A stretch of 64,000 nt of DNA from Podarcis filfolensis (Eukaryota), in the NCBI GenBank assembly GCA_964270895.1, contig OZ185437.1; one strand, 5' to 3'. The position numbers and the translations under genes were made by a program. Below the pieces are notes generated by a model. The model saw only the letters and a program-made list of their open reading frames with translations, ran no database searches and was not told the origin of the DNA. This document shows, piece by piece, positions 1 through 12,739 of this stretch (the first letter of the stretch is position 1; each line of letters opens with the position of its first letter).

Positions 1-342
1 AGGACTTAAGAGCACATCCACGTTTCACAATGAACCCAGATCAGACGAACGTCTCACCATTCTGCCCGTAAAGACACAAGCACTTTATTGAAGATGAATT
101 CTGGCAACCCGTTTAGCTATTTTATTTTCCCTCTTACTTAAAGCAGGGTGAGGAAGTGCTTGGGCTTGATGCAGAGTACTGTTGGCGCAGGCCTAACTTT
201 GAGAACATTCCCTCCACATGAGTCAAACTGAGAAGCCAGGATTTGAGCTTGTTCATCTGTTTGCTGTGTTAGTTAGGTCTGACCTCAGAACTCCTTTGAG
301 CTTCAGTTTCAGCAAGCACTAAAAAGGTTTTTTTTTAAAAGA

Positions 343-700
343 GAGGTAAAGGACCCTTGGACAGTTAAGTCCAGTCAAAGGAGACTATGGGGTTGCAGTG
401 CTAACCTCACTTTTAGGCTGAGGGAGCCAGCGTTTGTCCACAGACAGCTTTCCAGGTCATGTGGCCAGCATGACTAAACCGCTTCACGTCCCACGGAACT
501 CCGTGACAGAAACCAAAGTGCACAGAAACGCCATTTACTTTCCCGCTGCAGCAGTACCTATTTATCTACCTGCACTGGCGTGCTTTCGAACTGCTAGGTT
601 GGCAGGAGATGGGACAGAGCAACGGGAGCTCACCTCATTATGGAGTGAATGGCAGGCCCAAGAGGCACAGCGGTTTAGACCACAGCACCACCCGTGTCAC
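343..700 (-). mobile_element. Sauria SINE
   Basis: Diagnostic blocks gtcatgtggccagcatgact, gtacctatttatctac and gtgctttcgaactgctaggttggcagga, matched to the recalled consensus. Confidence 0.85.
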
Positions 701-3700
701 TGAGTCTTCTTTGATAAAATTGCTTGCTACATGGGAAGAGAGAGACTCTCCAGGTAAACAAAAGCATGGAGGAGCTAGCAGAAAAACACTGCTCTTGAAT
801 GGATCTAGTTTGGAAAGTTGAGCTTATATTTTATGACATTGAAGAATGGGTTGGGGTATTTGAGGTGTTAAGGGATGGGTTGTACCTCTGGTGGGGGACA
901 CATTGTGCTCCTTTTGGGGTAGTTTGTCCACCCTTGTTCCCCACCCTGCACTCATCTCTCACTTGTGGCTCCTAGAAGCTGTCAGTGTGCAACAGTGGCC
1001 ACACCCTTGGAACAGCTTTGACTGACTGGCTAAATCAAGTGAGGGTAGATGAGGGGTCTCAAACCCTCAGTGAGTTAGGGACCTCCCCTGCATGTGAAGG
1101 CAGGCTCTGGGGGACGAGACCAATGGTGGGTCCAATGGTTCAGAAGGCAGTTTCCTTCTGCATGTGCTGTAGAGGGAAGTGCAGGGCAGATGGGGCTCAT
1201 CAACCTGGGAAGGTAGCCCATCCAGGAGAAAGAAAACTTTGATCTTAAGCTTCCACTGCTTTGTGGGACATCTTTGGGAGAAGAAACGGCTAAGGAGTAA
1301 ACCCTGTACAACTTTGGAGTGTAGTCCTGAAGGCGGTTGGATGGTGCCTTGTAAATCTCTTTCTGGCAACTCCTGCAACCAAGCTGGTGTGAAACACATT
1401 GCTCTGCTTTCCTTTGGGCCACACCAGCAAGGCCAAGAGGAGGGTCTTGTCATCTGGGTAGCCCAGGACCTCCATACACACTGTCCAGGCTTGTGCCCCA
1501 GGGAGGTCACTTCAGTGCTGCTAATGCAGCAGTTTGACTCCCCCCCCCCGGAGGCGCACTCCATTGTCTCTCAAGACAGATGCCAACAACAATCTATGAG
1601 TAACATTTCCATTAGCACTGGTTGCTAAGATGCATCCTGATCCTCAAAAGAGATTTTGTTGGAAGATGAGAATAAGGAGGTATGCCACTGGGAACTGAGG
1701 GTTGAAAATATGATGGTTGCCCAGTCCATCCATTTTAGCCAAGAAAGGTAAGTATGGGCATATGCACTGCATATTAAAAAAAATATTGTTGCTGCCCACA
1801 GAATATAACATTCTAGCTATGAAACAAATGTTCCATCAAATTACTGCAAGTAATAAACAATTCAGTCAAGTTGCAGAAACTCAGGCACCTTGGTTGTAGT
1901 GTTGCATCCTTGCAGGCTACAGTTGGGTACAGTCTCTGTCTTTGGCTTATGTCATATGCAGTAGTACAATAACAAGTATCATCCAGTTGTTTCAGTCTAG
2001 AGGTTCTTGTGCCATAAAGTAATCTATTTGTTGGTGTGACACAAGTGAAGTATTCGCAGCAACTGGCAGCTAAGCATTTGGTTTATTAGGGAAATATACT
2101 ACTTTATTTTGCAGTTTAACTGAATACATTTAAAATGATAAAAGCACAATTACATACAGTTTTGCTAACCACCTAACAGAAGGCACTAAATAATAATTGC
2201 ATAGACTTAATTTACAAGATTTAGCTTTCACAATATAACACGAGAGCTTATTTACAGTATATTGACATATGGCATAACATCAATTAATGACCACAATGGG
2301 GTTGGCTTTCTTGTTGCTAGCAGTTTGTAAGCAATGAAATTAAAGCCCTCCACCACCTTGGCCTATGGTGGAATTTGTCTCCAGTCCTCTGAGAATGCAA
2401 AATTCTGTTAATATGAATGGAATGAATTATAAGACCCAAGACAACAACCTGAAAAAGTAGCACCATTCTGACACATTCAAAAAGTGTTGTTGGGAGAAGT
2501 GTCCCCCAGGTGATTGTCTTAAGATACAGTAAACTAAGGATGAGGAGTCTGTGGCCCTCCAGAGGTTGCTGGATTTTAACTCTTGATCACTGGCAACAAT
2601 GGCTGGGGCTTATGGGAGTCCAACAATATCAGGAGGACTACAAACTCTCATCTCTGTAAGTACACAGAAAAAGCATATACACATATACAAAAGCTTATAC
2701 TAACAAATAAATATTGCTCATCAGCGGACAATATCGAAATAAAATAAATTAGAAAAAAAGGTTATCAAATGTGCACTTTCTACTTTGAGCCTAGTTTCAA
2801 GTATATTAAAATTAAAGGTCTTCAAACAGCCCTTAGACAACAGCCCTTTAAATAGGCTGAAAATCATTTGCAATCCTCTCTTGAAAGGTAAGCTATACAC
2901 AGACACACCCCAATTTCCTAAACAGATATCACTTCATATAGGAAAACCACATACAGATAGCCTGCATGATTGTGTGTGGTGAATGAATGCACAGCAGTTT
3001 CACCATTTGTACACATATTGATAAGATGATGATTGCTTCTCGCTGTTTTGCTTGCAATGGCTTCTCACTGAGTATATGCAATGTGTAAACATGGCAAAAC
3101 AAGTATTTGTACAGGAACTATTGCAGTGAATCAGCTTTAAGACTGCAATTAAGCCTGGGCACACTTGCCTCGCAGTAAGTCCCACTACGGTCTTACTTCT
3201 GAGCAAACACGTAAGATTACACTGCACAAGAACAAAGCACACTATACAAAGAGGCACTTTAAAAAACAAGAACTGGTCTGTAAAACTTCAAAAACTGCAT
3301 TTGTTATGCAGGGAAGAGCTCTTTTTGATTGTCATTTCAAAAGTTACGAAGAAATAAACATGTAGTTGTGCATAATTGCAAATTAGGGGAAATAATATGG
3401 TCAAGGCATGTCCATTATAGTAGTGCACTTTTTATTCTAGCTATCCATCGTCCTTTAATGCTGATTCTATCTAGGTATTTCGAACAAGAAATCTTATCAG
3501 TTGGGGCCAGTTCACATCACTCCACATGTGGCAAACCATTCTTTTCCTGTCCAGATTAAAATATCAACCTGCAGTGTCCAACAGGTCAAGCCACCACCCA
3601 AATCTCAAGTTGTTTAGTATGAAAGTACAATTTACACTCAAGCTGAACTACTCACCTAACCCATTCATTATGGGCCTGGCGCAAACTGGGCTGGAAAACA

Positions 3701-3956
3701 TGTCTAATGATAAAGCGCAATAAAAGAGCAGCAAATGAGAAGTCATCACTTAGTGGAAGTTCACACAAAGTTGCTGTCACCAAGCAATGAATATGCAAGT
3801 GATGGCTTGCATGTGTGAAACAGCCAGCACAGATCAAGCACTCGAGACTATAAAACATGCACTTTACTTCTCAATATAAGTTGTTCACTCATTCTTCTGT
3901 GACTAGTCATTGAATGAGATACATACATGATGCATGGCGTAATTCATCCCTCAATA

Positions 3957-4111
3957 NNNNNNNNNNNNNNNNNNNNNNNNNNNNNNNNNNNNNNNNNNNN
4001 NNNNNNNNNNNNNNNNNNNNNNNNNNNNNNNNNNNNNNNNNNNNNNNNNNNNNNNNNNNNNNNNNNNNNNNNNNNNNNNNNNNNNNNNNNNNNNNNNNNN
4101 NNNNNNNNNNN
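3957..4111. other. Assembly gap (155 N) in the presumptive TBXT 3' UTR
   Basis: Run of N, ~380 nt downstream of the stop codon. Confidence 0.99.
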
Positions 4112-4489
4112 TAAAAAAAATATAAAATCCATGACCAGCTCATTCCCATTTTGGTACATTTTGCTTCTGGTGAAATTTGAAAACTGAAAAGGCTTATTTT
4201 GAAAAGGGAGAGCCCTTGTATCTCAGGGTTGGCAACATTTCTTGCCCTCATGACTGCAGAGAGGAAAAAAGGGGTGGCAAACACTCCCAACATGGCCTGT
4301 GCTGCCAAACAAGTTTCATACCTGCTTTCATAAGGTGTCTGTGCCACTATCATTACACTCTAATACTGAGATGAGCATAAAGCAATTACTGCTAGCATAC
4401 TTCGTGCCTTTTCCTTCTGCCCTCCTGAAACATTACTTCTGTGTTCCTGGTTTAGAGCAGCTAGAAAGTCCTTTGTCAAAAGGAAAGGC

Positions 4490-4757
4490 CTACATAGAAG
4501 GGGTTGTTACGGGAGTCCATGTAGAAGAAAGTCTAGCATGCACTGATGCATCGTATTGACTGTCGGCAATGTCTGTAGGGGTCCCACTGTCATACAATGG
4601 AGATCCTGAGGAAGGGGTGGTGACAGAATGAGGGAGGGTGGGATAGTGGGCCGTGGAGCTTCGTAAAAACTGGGATCCTATCCCACTGGGCATCCCACCT
4701 GACTGTGACACAGGCGAAACGGTGCTGTTGCTGACAGACCACAGGTTGGGATACTGG
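4490..4757 (-). CDS. TBXT: Brachyury coding exon 8 (terminal, to TAG)
   Basis: 268 nt: (S)QYPNLWSVSNSTVSPVSQSGGMPSGIGSQFLRSSTAHYPTLPHSVTTPSSGSPLYDSGTPTDIADSQYDASVHARLSSTWTPVTTPSM*. The eight exons sum to 1308 nt, in frame. Confidence 0.97.
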
Positions 4758-5341
4758 CTGCAAGAGAAAGAAAGAAAGAGATTTCAGAATGCAAGTTTGA
4801 CTTGGGGCCCCAGTACTGCCTCATGAACAGAATGTTGAACTTGGACTCTCTCCAGTCACGTGGGCATTGCATAGCCTTGGACAGTTTATTCTTCCAGGCT
4901 CCAAGCCCCAGCTGCAAAAGTGGGTATAGAAGATGCCACACTGGGTTCCAACATCAGATAATTATGAATCCCTTCCTCCAACTTGATGGTGTATAATTCC
5001 TATATTATGCTACCGACACATTTGGCCATTCTGCAAAATGGAGAAATGTTTTTGAATTTGTTTGCTTGCACACAGTCACTCTGGAATCCTGCTGGCAGCC
5101 ATAGAACATAAAATACCTGACAGCTCTTAGAATGATATTTTCCCCATTTTTGGCAATTAGTATGCAGATTAGGCTCACAGCAGAATTTTAGGGTCTTCAA
5201 CTGAATTGGGAAATCCTTCAAAGGGAAATAAAACCCCACCTCATCAGAGGCCCTTAAGACAAGTCCATAGGAAGGAGAAGTAGTTGCATCCCCCACTCCT
5301 TAAAAAAAACTAATTGTAACTCCTTTAGCTCCTTGCAAGTC

Positions 5342-5615
5342 AGGGGCGGGGAACATGTTCGGGCCAGTGGGCTGGATTCCAAATACCCCAACACACACAG
5401 GCCATTTTGGCAGGTGGGTGAGACACCCACCTGTTAATCACCTGACATCGCAATGATGTCAAGTGACTCAAAACAAAAAAACAAATCTTTTGTGGGCGCA
5501 ACTTACATCAAGTATGGGGCAGCTTGGCATGGTTTGGAAAAAATGGCCTAATGGCCCTAACTGGGATGTGTACTGGGCTTTATTAGGCTTTCAGGCCAGA
5601 GATTTCCCACACCCA
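5342..5615. mobile_element. Degenerate hAT-like non-autonomous element in intron 7
   Basis: Starts CAGGGGCGGGGAAC, ends ~atttcccacaccc (weak TIR); internal gggccg-type motifs. Confidence 0.4.
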
Positions 5616-5712
5616 ATATCAGTGTTACTTTCTCAGCAGTTTTCCTAAGGAAAAAGTCACATTCCAAATTAGAGAAATTAGATGGCTTCCTTGCTCAGGG
5701 AATACAGCCTAC

Positions 5713-5845
5713 CTGGAGCTGGTTGGTGGTCCGGTACTGTGACTCATAGGCAGCATGCTTGTTGGGGGTGGAACACCTAAACTGGACCAGTTGTCATGAG
5801 ATTGGAGCATAGAAAGGCAGGCTGAAGAACTATCACCATATGCTG
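5713..5845 (-). CDS. TBXT: Brachyury coding exon 7
   Basis: 133 nt, translated by hand: (T)AYGDSSSACLSMLQSHDNWSSLGVPPPTSMLPMSHSTGPPTSS. Acceptor tttacag|CAG, donor AG|gtaggc. Confidence 0.96.
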
Positions 5846-6429
5846 CTGTAAAGGAAAGCATCTGTATGAGAAGCGCAGCCCCTATTTTCAGTGCAAATAT
5901 AAGCTCTAGAAATATTTATATTTATATCTGGCAGTGGGTGGGAGAGTCAAAGTGATTTGTTTTCCTCCTTTGGTTTTGTTTGTGGACTATAGATGGAATT
6001 TTGCACAGACCAGTGTTTTGATTCAAATACCTGGTTCAGCAGGTAGATGCCAAGGAAAGGACTTGACACTGGGCACAGACAGTCTCTAACTGAGTGCTGC
6101 TTCTTGCCAGCATTGGTGTACGTCTGTGAAATAGGCATATACTAGACACCCACAGAGAATGAACAATAAATGATATTAATAATAGGCTGTCAATGAGAAG
6201 TAAAACAAAAATCACTTGGCTCACACACACACACAAAGCATTAATAAGAAATAAGGCAGAGTGAAAAATAAATCAAATCACTGCCTGCTACTTCTTGACA
6301 ACAGTCATCAAGTGCACTATGACCAGATTTTTGTCCATTCTGTATGTTCATGTTGATATTTGATCAGCCAGTAGATTTCCCACAATAGCAAACCACCAGA
6401 GGCCAGTAATAATAAATAAAAAAACTTAC

Positions 6430-6606
6430 TTGGAGAATTGGTTCTATGAGTATATGGATTCGGATAAGGGGCAGGGCGGTGATTCCTCAGGGATGAGTAC
6501 CTTTCACAACTGTGAGCAGGGGAGAGGGACAGAGGTGCTCCAAACTGTGGATGAGGATTGGCAGGAGGACACAGAGTCCCTGTTCCAGGAATCAGCCATC
6601 CACCTA
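6430..6606 (-). CDS. TBXT: Brachyury coding exon 6
   Basis: 177 nt, phase 1-1: (L)GGWLIPGTGTLCPPANPHPQFGAPLSLSPAHSCERYSSLRNHRPAPYPNPYTHRTNSP. Acceptor cttgcag|TAG, donor CCAA|gtaagt. Confidence 0.96.
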
Positions 6607-6859
6607 CTGCAAGAAGAGGGGACATTTCACTAGACCAACACATAGCAGCAAGACCTGTCCAAGATGCAGTGAGGCCTTTGTGCGCAACTGAGGTCCCAGA
6701 GCGCCAAGAAACTAAATCCTTATATTTACAGAGGAGCTACAAAAAATGGCATCCTTGTTATAAGTTCTCCTCCCTCCCCCAACATCCAGGCTCTATTTCA
6801 AACATCCAGGTTGCATTTCAATTATTGGTTTTAACTAGTTTCCTTTTACAACTCTGTAT

Positions 6860-6940
6860 TTTATAATGTTGTAAGCTGCCCTGAATCCCAACTTGGGAGA
6901 AAGACAATATATTTATTAAATAAATAAATAAATAAATAAA
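6860..6940 (+). mobile_element. LINE (L2-like) 3' tail with (TAAA)n
   Basis: tgtaagctgccctgaatccc...gggaga...(taaa)n. Similar tails at ~16855, 19790, 23058, 28390(-), 44640, 45730 and 55085(-). Confidence 0.6.
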
Positions 6941-7404
6941 ATTCCCTCGCTTGTGATGTCATCAAACTGTGCATTCCACTTCCAGCAAGGGTAACATCAC
7001 ACTAAAATACCCAAAAACTTTACACTACTGCCAGCGTTCATAGATTTCAATGGGATTTCAGAGAGCCTCTTTCAGAATTTGTGAGATGCCTGGCCTAGTG
7101 TTTGCATTTTATTCATTTAGGGCAGTGAAACTGCACTAGCTGTTCTTCTGTATTTCCAGCTCCATGGATTTCAGTTCCATGGATATAAATGCTTCCATGA
7201 GACACACAGAATGCTTTTGTTCCCTACATCAAAGATTATAGATACAGGCCTCTGCTATTAAAAGCAATGAAGAGTTTCAGTGACAACTTCAGTGGGATAT
7301 GGACTGTTTGTAAGCATAGATTTACTTTTGGTCAAGGCATTGTGCAATGTGCAAATTCTATCCTGGCTCAAGAAAGTAGTTGCCAGTGTAGGCTGGAATT
7401 TAAT

Positions 7405-7495
7405 TAAGTTTTACTCAGAGCAGACCCACTGAAATTAATGAATGTGACTAAGTTAAGTCCATTAATTTCAGTGGGTCTACTCAGAGTAAAACTTA
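7405..7495. mobile_element. Palindromic hairpin MITE in TBXT intron 5
   Basis: 36-bp arms (7405-7440 and 7460-7495), 34/36 complementary, with a 19-nt loop. Confidence 0.8.
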
Positions 7496-7936
7496 GTTGT
7501 GAATAAAAACATCCCATATTATATCACTTAATTGTTCACAATCCCATTGTTCCCCATTGTGTGCTTTGGAGAAACTGGGTGCAGATTCTTCTTCTCCCTC
7601 AATGTTCAAGAAGGAGCAGGGGCAAAAAAAAAAAAGGTTGAGCACTATTACACTAATGGATCTCACTATAAGAACTGTTAAAAATATACTATTGGTCTTT
7701 GTGATTAAATATACTGCACACAATTAGAAAAATGCAAAACCAGAAGATATAGGCAAAAGAAACAAAAGTAGCTACAACGTTTTGGAAAAGGGCACACTTA
7801 CAAGTCAGCACTTTGACTTGCACTATATTTATTTAAAATATCCTTAGATACATAGCAAAAAAAGGTACCTGAGCAAAGGAGAACTGATTTTGGAGGCATA
7901 CTATAAAATAATTTTCAGAAGAGAGCTTAGACATAC

Positions 7937-7998
7937 ATTGCGAATACCCTGACTGCTGACCATCTCCCACTTCATCCATCATGTCCTTGTGGTCACTT
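7937..7998 (-). CDS. TBXT: Brachyury coding exon 5
   Basis: 62 nt: (R)SDHKDMMDEVGDGQQSGYSQ. Follows a 95-nt intron; acceptor tttggcag|A, donor CAAT|gtatgt. Confidence 0.97.
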
Positions 7999-8093
7999 CT
8001 GCCAAAGAAATCATATTTTGTAGCCAAAAAAGATTAAATTCTTTGCAGAAATATGATTCATAAATGCAACTGAAAGCAGACAACAGATCTCAC

Positions 8094-8155
8094 CTTTCTT
8101 TTGCATCAAGAAAAGCTTTTGCAAAGGGATTGTACTTAATTTTTAAAGCTGTTAT
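8094..8155 (-). CDS. TBXT: Brachyury coding exon 4 (end of T-box)
   Basis: 62 nt: ITALKIKYNPFAKAFLDAKE(R). Acceptor is a T-run then ag|ATA; donor AG|gtgaga. Confidence 0.98.
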
Positions 8156-10516
8156 CTAAAAAAAAAACCACAAACAAAAAGTCTCAAATTGACATTTTTA
8201 CACATTTTTTTCATAGTCACACAACATTTCTACCAACTCCCCAGGGTAGTTCATAATGGTTTCTAGTGGGAAAATGGCTCAGAATTGAATTAACAAAACA
8301 GCAACTAAACAGCTCACACACTGCAACAGCATGCTTTGAAATCATTCTCTCCACCACAACCTCCCCCCACCCACTTTGCCTGATTTAAATGCCTGGTTTT
8401 ATTATCCTGTTAAGGAAGTACATAAGAGGGGGGGTACACTAAAAACAGTTATAAAAAGTTTCAGGTTTCTGGGTAACACAACAGTGAAAAATACCTTGAT
8501 CATGAATATCACGGTCACATTAAAAACAAAGTAGTTAACATCTTTTGAGTTATTAATCGAGCACACATAATATAACAGCAAAGGACTTGTATCACACCTT
8601 TACCAGTTGTTATTCAAGGAAACACAAAAAGTTAAAATTTCATATGTGGGAAACTGCAAGTGTTGCTTGCAGAATTAACAGAAGACAATTTGGTTTCAGG
8701 CTCCTTAACTGCTCATTATGTTTTTCACATAATGTAGTATTTGAAAACTTATCACTCACTGATATTTAGCCATTGTGAAATCTATGTCCACCCACCCCCC
8801 GCACACACTGTTTTGGAAATTATTTATGCTGAAACGGGTGTTTAGAGGCAAATACACATTTCCATCTTTGGAAATATATATATATATTATTTTATATTCA
8901 CCACTTGAGGGTTTTTTATTAACTTGTTTATAAATTTTCCTAAATAAGCAAATACATTTGGTGGGCTTGCCTTCCAGCTTTTTTGGGAAACAATACTTAA
9001 GAGTTACTGCTGATCATGCAGTTTGATTAGTTGTACTACTTTGGTATCAGTTATGAAAATAACACTTTTCATAAAAAGTTGACCCAGAAACTGTAATAAC
9101 AACAAATTCTGAATCTTCTCCTGAGTTTAATTGGATACTGAAAGCTAGATATATAATAGTTAGATTAAACTTTAGCAACTAGTTCAGACGCAACAGGCTA
9201 GACTGGTGGTTACTTATTACATTCTTAGAAATAGGACACATATAAAGCAAGATTAACATTTATATAAACATACACAAGCAACATTCTTTACCCTATTTTG
9301 GCAACTAAGCAATCACATTATTTACATTCCTTTACACTACTATAAATGAGAAACTGTGGGATTTTACATTAGGGTATAGGTTAAAGGTATACAGCAACAT
9401 AAAATAATATCACATATTAGTCCATGGTGAAGCTACTCTTGATATTTCAACAGTTATTTTCACACATTATGTAATCAAGTCTGGGATTTTCCAATACTCT
9501 TTTCAGCTGACAGGGGGCGGGGGATGCAATCAAACATTTTAAAATATGGATTTTTACATCATCTCTCAATTTACAGCCTGTGAAAAGTTGTTTGGTGTTA
9601 AAGGTACCCAATCTAGGTTCTCTTGAGTCAAACAGGGAGTTTTTCAAAATGAGAATGTTTGATCATGCTGTCACCTTGAAACTATTTTCTACATTAAATA
9701 TCCTCAAAATCTTGCATGTATTGAAAATCTGTGATGTTTTATTATATTTTAGCCTGATACATTGTGTCAGCACAACACCTTAAATTTGATGAAGGTCTTA
9801 AACACATCTTATTTAAAAACAAATTCCACATAGTTCAGGGGTGGGGGATTGGAAAAAAGTCCAACATTTAATTAGAATTTTCTACAAAGAACACTGTAAT
9901 GTGAAGGCATAAGGTCAGAAACTACAGCAGTGTTGCTCTTCTTTGTCTGAATAAAAGGATAATTTTAACTAAACAAGTTCATTTGACATTCAATTGAAAA
10001 TGCAGCAAAGGGGTTACTTTTTACTAGAAGTATGAAATAAACAAGATATATAGAATTATTTGTCCAAACCTCCATGTTATAAAGTCAACCCTTCCTTAGA
10101 GTTGCAAGGGACTCTAAGGATCATTTAGTCGAATTCCCTGCAAGGCAGGAATATGCAGCTGTCCCTACTATGATTAAATATCTCTGGCTGATAGCTGCTC
10201 AAATCTTGTCTTCAAAACCTCTTTCCTTCAAACAAGGAAATACACAATACACAAAACTTACTCGGCTTAGTCTTTTTATACTTACATTTCTCCCAATTTA
10301 CCTACCTTCCAGACACTCCGCTGCTTTTTAATTGTCCAGTTCTCGGTGGAGAAGAACAATTCTTGCATCTCTTTCACGGCATCCTTTTAAATTCTTGTAC
10401 ACAATCAACGTTTCCCACTACCACCTTAGCATCCCCTTCCTTAATGCCACAAATTTGTCCTTTGGTGCATCAAAGAAGGAAAATCCATGCAGGGCTCGTC
10501 CTCATTTTGTTCCTAC

Positions 10517-10651
10517 CTCTTCGTTTTGGTAAGCTGTCACAGCTATAAACTGGGTCTCCGGGAAAGAATGACTGGTGATCATTCGCTGAGGGCCACCAAC
10601 TCTCACTATATGAATCCTAGGCTCATACTTGTGCAAGGAGTTCAACATGAT
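10517..10651 (-). CDS. TBXT: Brachyury coding exon 3 (T-box)
   Basis: 135 nt, translated by hand (not in the ORF track): [45 protein letters not shown]. Acceptor gacag|ATC, donor GAG|gtagga. Confidence 0.98.
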
Positions 10652-11504
10652 CTGTCAATATTAGGAGAACAGTGGTCAGCATAGGTACAGCAGCAGAAAA
10701 TGTTTGATATTACACTACTATATGGTGTGGGTTTTTCTTAAAGGATGACAAAGAGCAACTGACTAGTTTAAATATAAAAAAATGGGGGGGGGCAGCCAAG
10801 GTTTGTATACAGCTAAGTGATACCCAGCATAAACTTACTGAAATAAATAGATGTGACTAATTTAAGTACATTGATTTAAACAACCCTATGCAACCAAACT
10901 GTCTCAATCGCTACCCTTATTTAAAATAATGGCCCAGTTCAAATGATCATATCTCAGCTTAATAAGATATTAACCAATATTTTGCCTGTGCATACAGCCC
11001 ATTCATGGGTTAAGCAATCAAATCAAGAAGCCTCTAATTAATCAGTTTCCTATTTCATCAAAATTAGGGAACTATAGTAACCAGCTTTGGAGAAAGTAAA
11101 CATCTGAATTAAGCATTAAGTTGATTTAATTGCCAGGATACAAAGTGAGAAATGACAGTAAAGACACACATGAAACTATCCTTAATGGAAATCTTAAGTT
11201 TTCCTGATGATTGGAGTCTATTCTAAAGTTTCCAAAATTTGTCAATTGCCGAGCTAGCTCTCTATCCCACAATGTGCTACCACCTACTTTCTAAGTTAAA
11301 CAGCACAAGCCTACTCAGGTGAACTCTGAAGCCCCCCTACATTCAATGAGTCTTACTGCCAGGTAAGCGTGCATGGGGTTACAGTCTCAAGAGAGCTTTT
11401 TGAGGTTATATTTGTTAATCCTTCTTGCACTTGAAAGTCACATGAAGACTGGTTACTGTTATTCCAAAGTGGCAGACCAAAGACTAGAATGATCAGAGGC
11501 TAAC

Positions 11505-11880
11505 TTTGCACTGGCTTATCAACTAATTTCTGGGCTCAATTCAAAGTGCTAATTTTGACCTTTAAAACTTTCAAATCCCATAACTCCAATACTTCAAGGA
11601 TCCCCTGTGTCCACACGAACAGACCTGCACCCTGCAATTGTCATCTGAACCCTTCTCTGTGTGCTTCTTCCACGGGAGGTCTGGAGGGTAGCAACACGAG
11701 AATGCCCGGTTGCCCACGTTCCCATCTTCCACAAATTTCTCCAAAGGTCTGAACTGGGCTTACATAGGTGCCTATGCATGGGGTCCCTTCAGACAAAGTT
11801 GTGGAAGCTGGAAGAGGGGACAGGCAAAAGGCCTGATCCCAATGTCCCCACACTGTGGTCACTGAACACCTGAAACTAGC
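11505..11880 (+). mobile_element. Degraded L2 LINE ORF2 3' fragment in intron 2
   Basis: ttgcactggctt...gggctcaattcaaagtgctaattttgacctttaaa resembles the LHWLP..RAQFKVLVLTFK motif of L2 ORF2. Confidence 0.65.
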
Positions 11881-12474
11881 TAGCAATAAATGAACGAAAG
11901 GGGTAACAATGAGTAACACTGCAGCCTGGGAACAGGGGTCAAACCATGACCCCTGATGTAAGGAGTGTTACACTTACACAGTAGCCCCACAGTTCTAGTC
12001 TATAAAATATAGACACAGAGAGACACACACAGATCCTCTTTCTGGAAATACATGCCAATCTCTTCAGGAGGCTCAGAAAAACTTTCCTTGAGGTAACTGG
12101 CATCTACTACCGCCAAATTCTGGAAACCTGTTCATATAGTGCAAAAGAAAGGGAGACGCTCCTCCAACCTCTCAGTACTGGACCTCTGCACATCACTGTG
12201 CAGTGAACTGGAAATGAGACTAAGGCTGTAGCCTTAAGCACGCTTAGTTGAGGTTAACTCCAAGCAAATCAGCAGCGTTCTGTCCGCAGGGTGGGGAAAA
12301 CGTGCTTAGAAAGGGCGCGCGAAGGTGCTGCATTTCGTTATTTCCCATTTCGGGAATGGGGCCTGTTCTATAGTGGCACCGCTCTCGCTTTTGAGGCGGG
12401 CAACCGCTTGAGGGAAAGGTTAGGAAGGGAAGGCCGCGCCCCCCCCAGCCCCGCCGCCGAGGGGTCTTCCTCAC

Positions 12475-12739
12475 CTGTCCGCCTCCGTTGAGCTTATTGG
12501 TGAGTTTGACCTTGCTGAAGGAAACGGGCGCCTTCATCCAGTGCGCGCCGAAGTTGGGCGAGTCCGGGTGGATGTAGACGCAGCTGGGGGCCTGCGGCTC
12601 GGGCTTGCCGCCGGGCACCCACTCGCCGTTCACGTACTTCCAGCGGTGGTTGTCGGCGGCCACGAAGTCCAGCAGGAAGGAGTACATGGCGTTGGGGTCG
12701 AGCCCGGACACGCTCGCCTTCAGCACGGGGAACATCCGC
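12475..12739 (-). CDS. TBXT: Brachyury coding exon 2 (T-box)
   Basis: 265 nt. Acceptor ctgcag|G, donor CAG|gtgagg. Encodes [88 protein letters not shown]. Confidence 0.98.

Noticed and set aside
1540-1560. CTCF-like ccccggaggcgc
   Set aside because: Mismatch in the core and set in a C-run; cannot be supported without a PWM or ChIP data.
1067-1628. Overlapping 115-165 aa ORFs on both strands
   Set aside because: No protein family recognised, no splice support; consistent with chance.
3907-4353. ORFs spanning 3907-4353
   Set aside because: Artefacts of the N gap.
5927-6295. Possible inverted repeat near exon 6 (agtgatttg / caaatcact)
   Set aside because: Only ~9 bp, and both halves are in intron 6, so it does not flank the exon.
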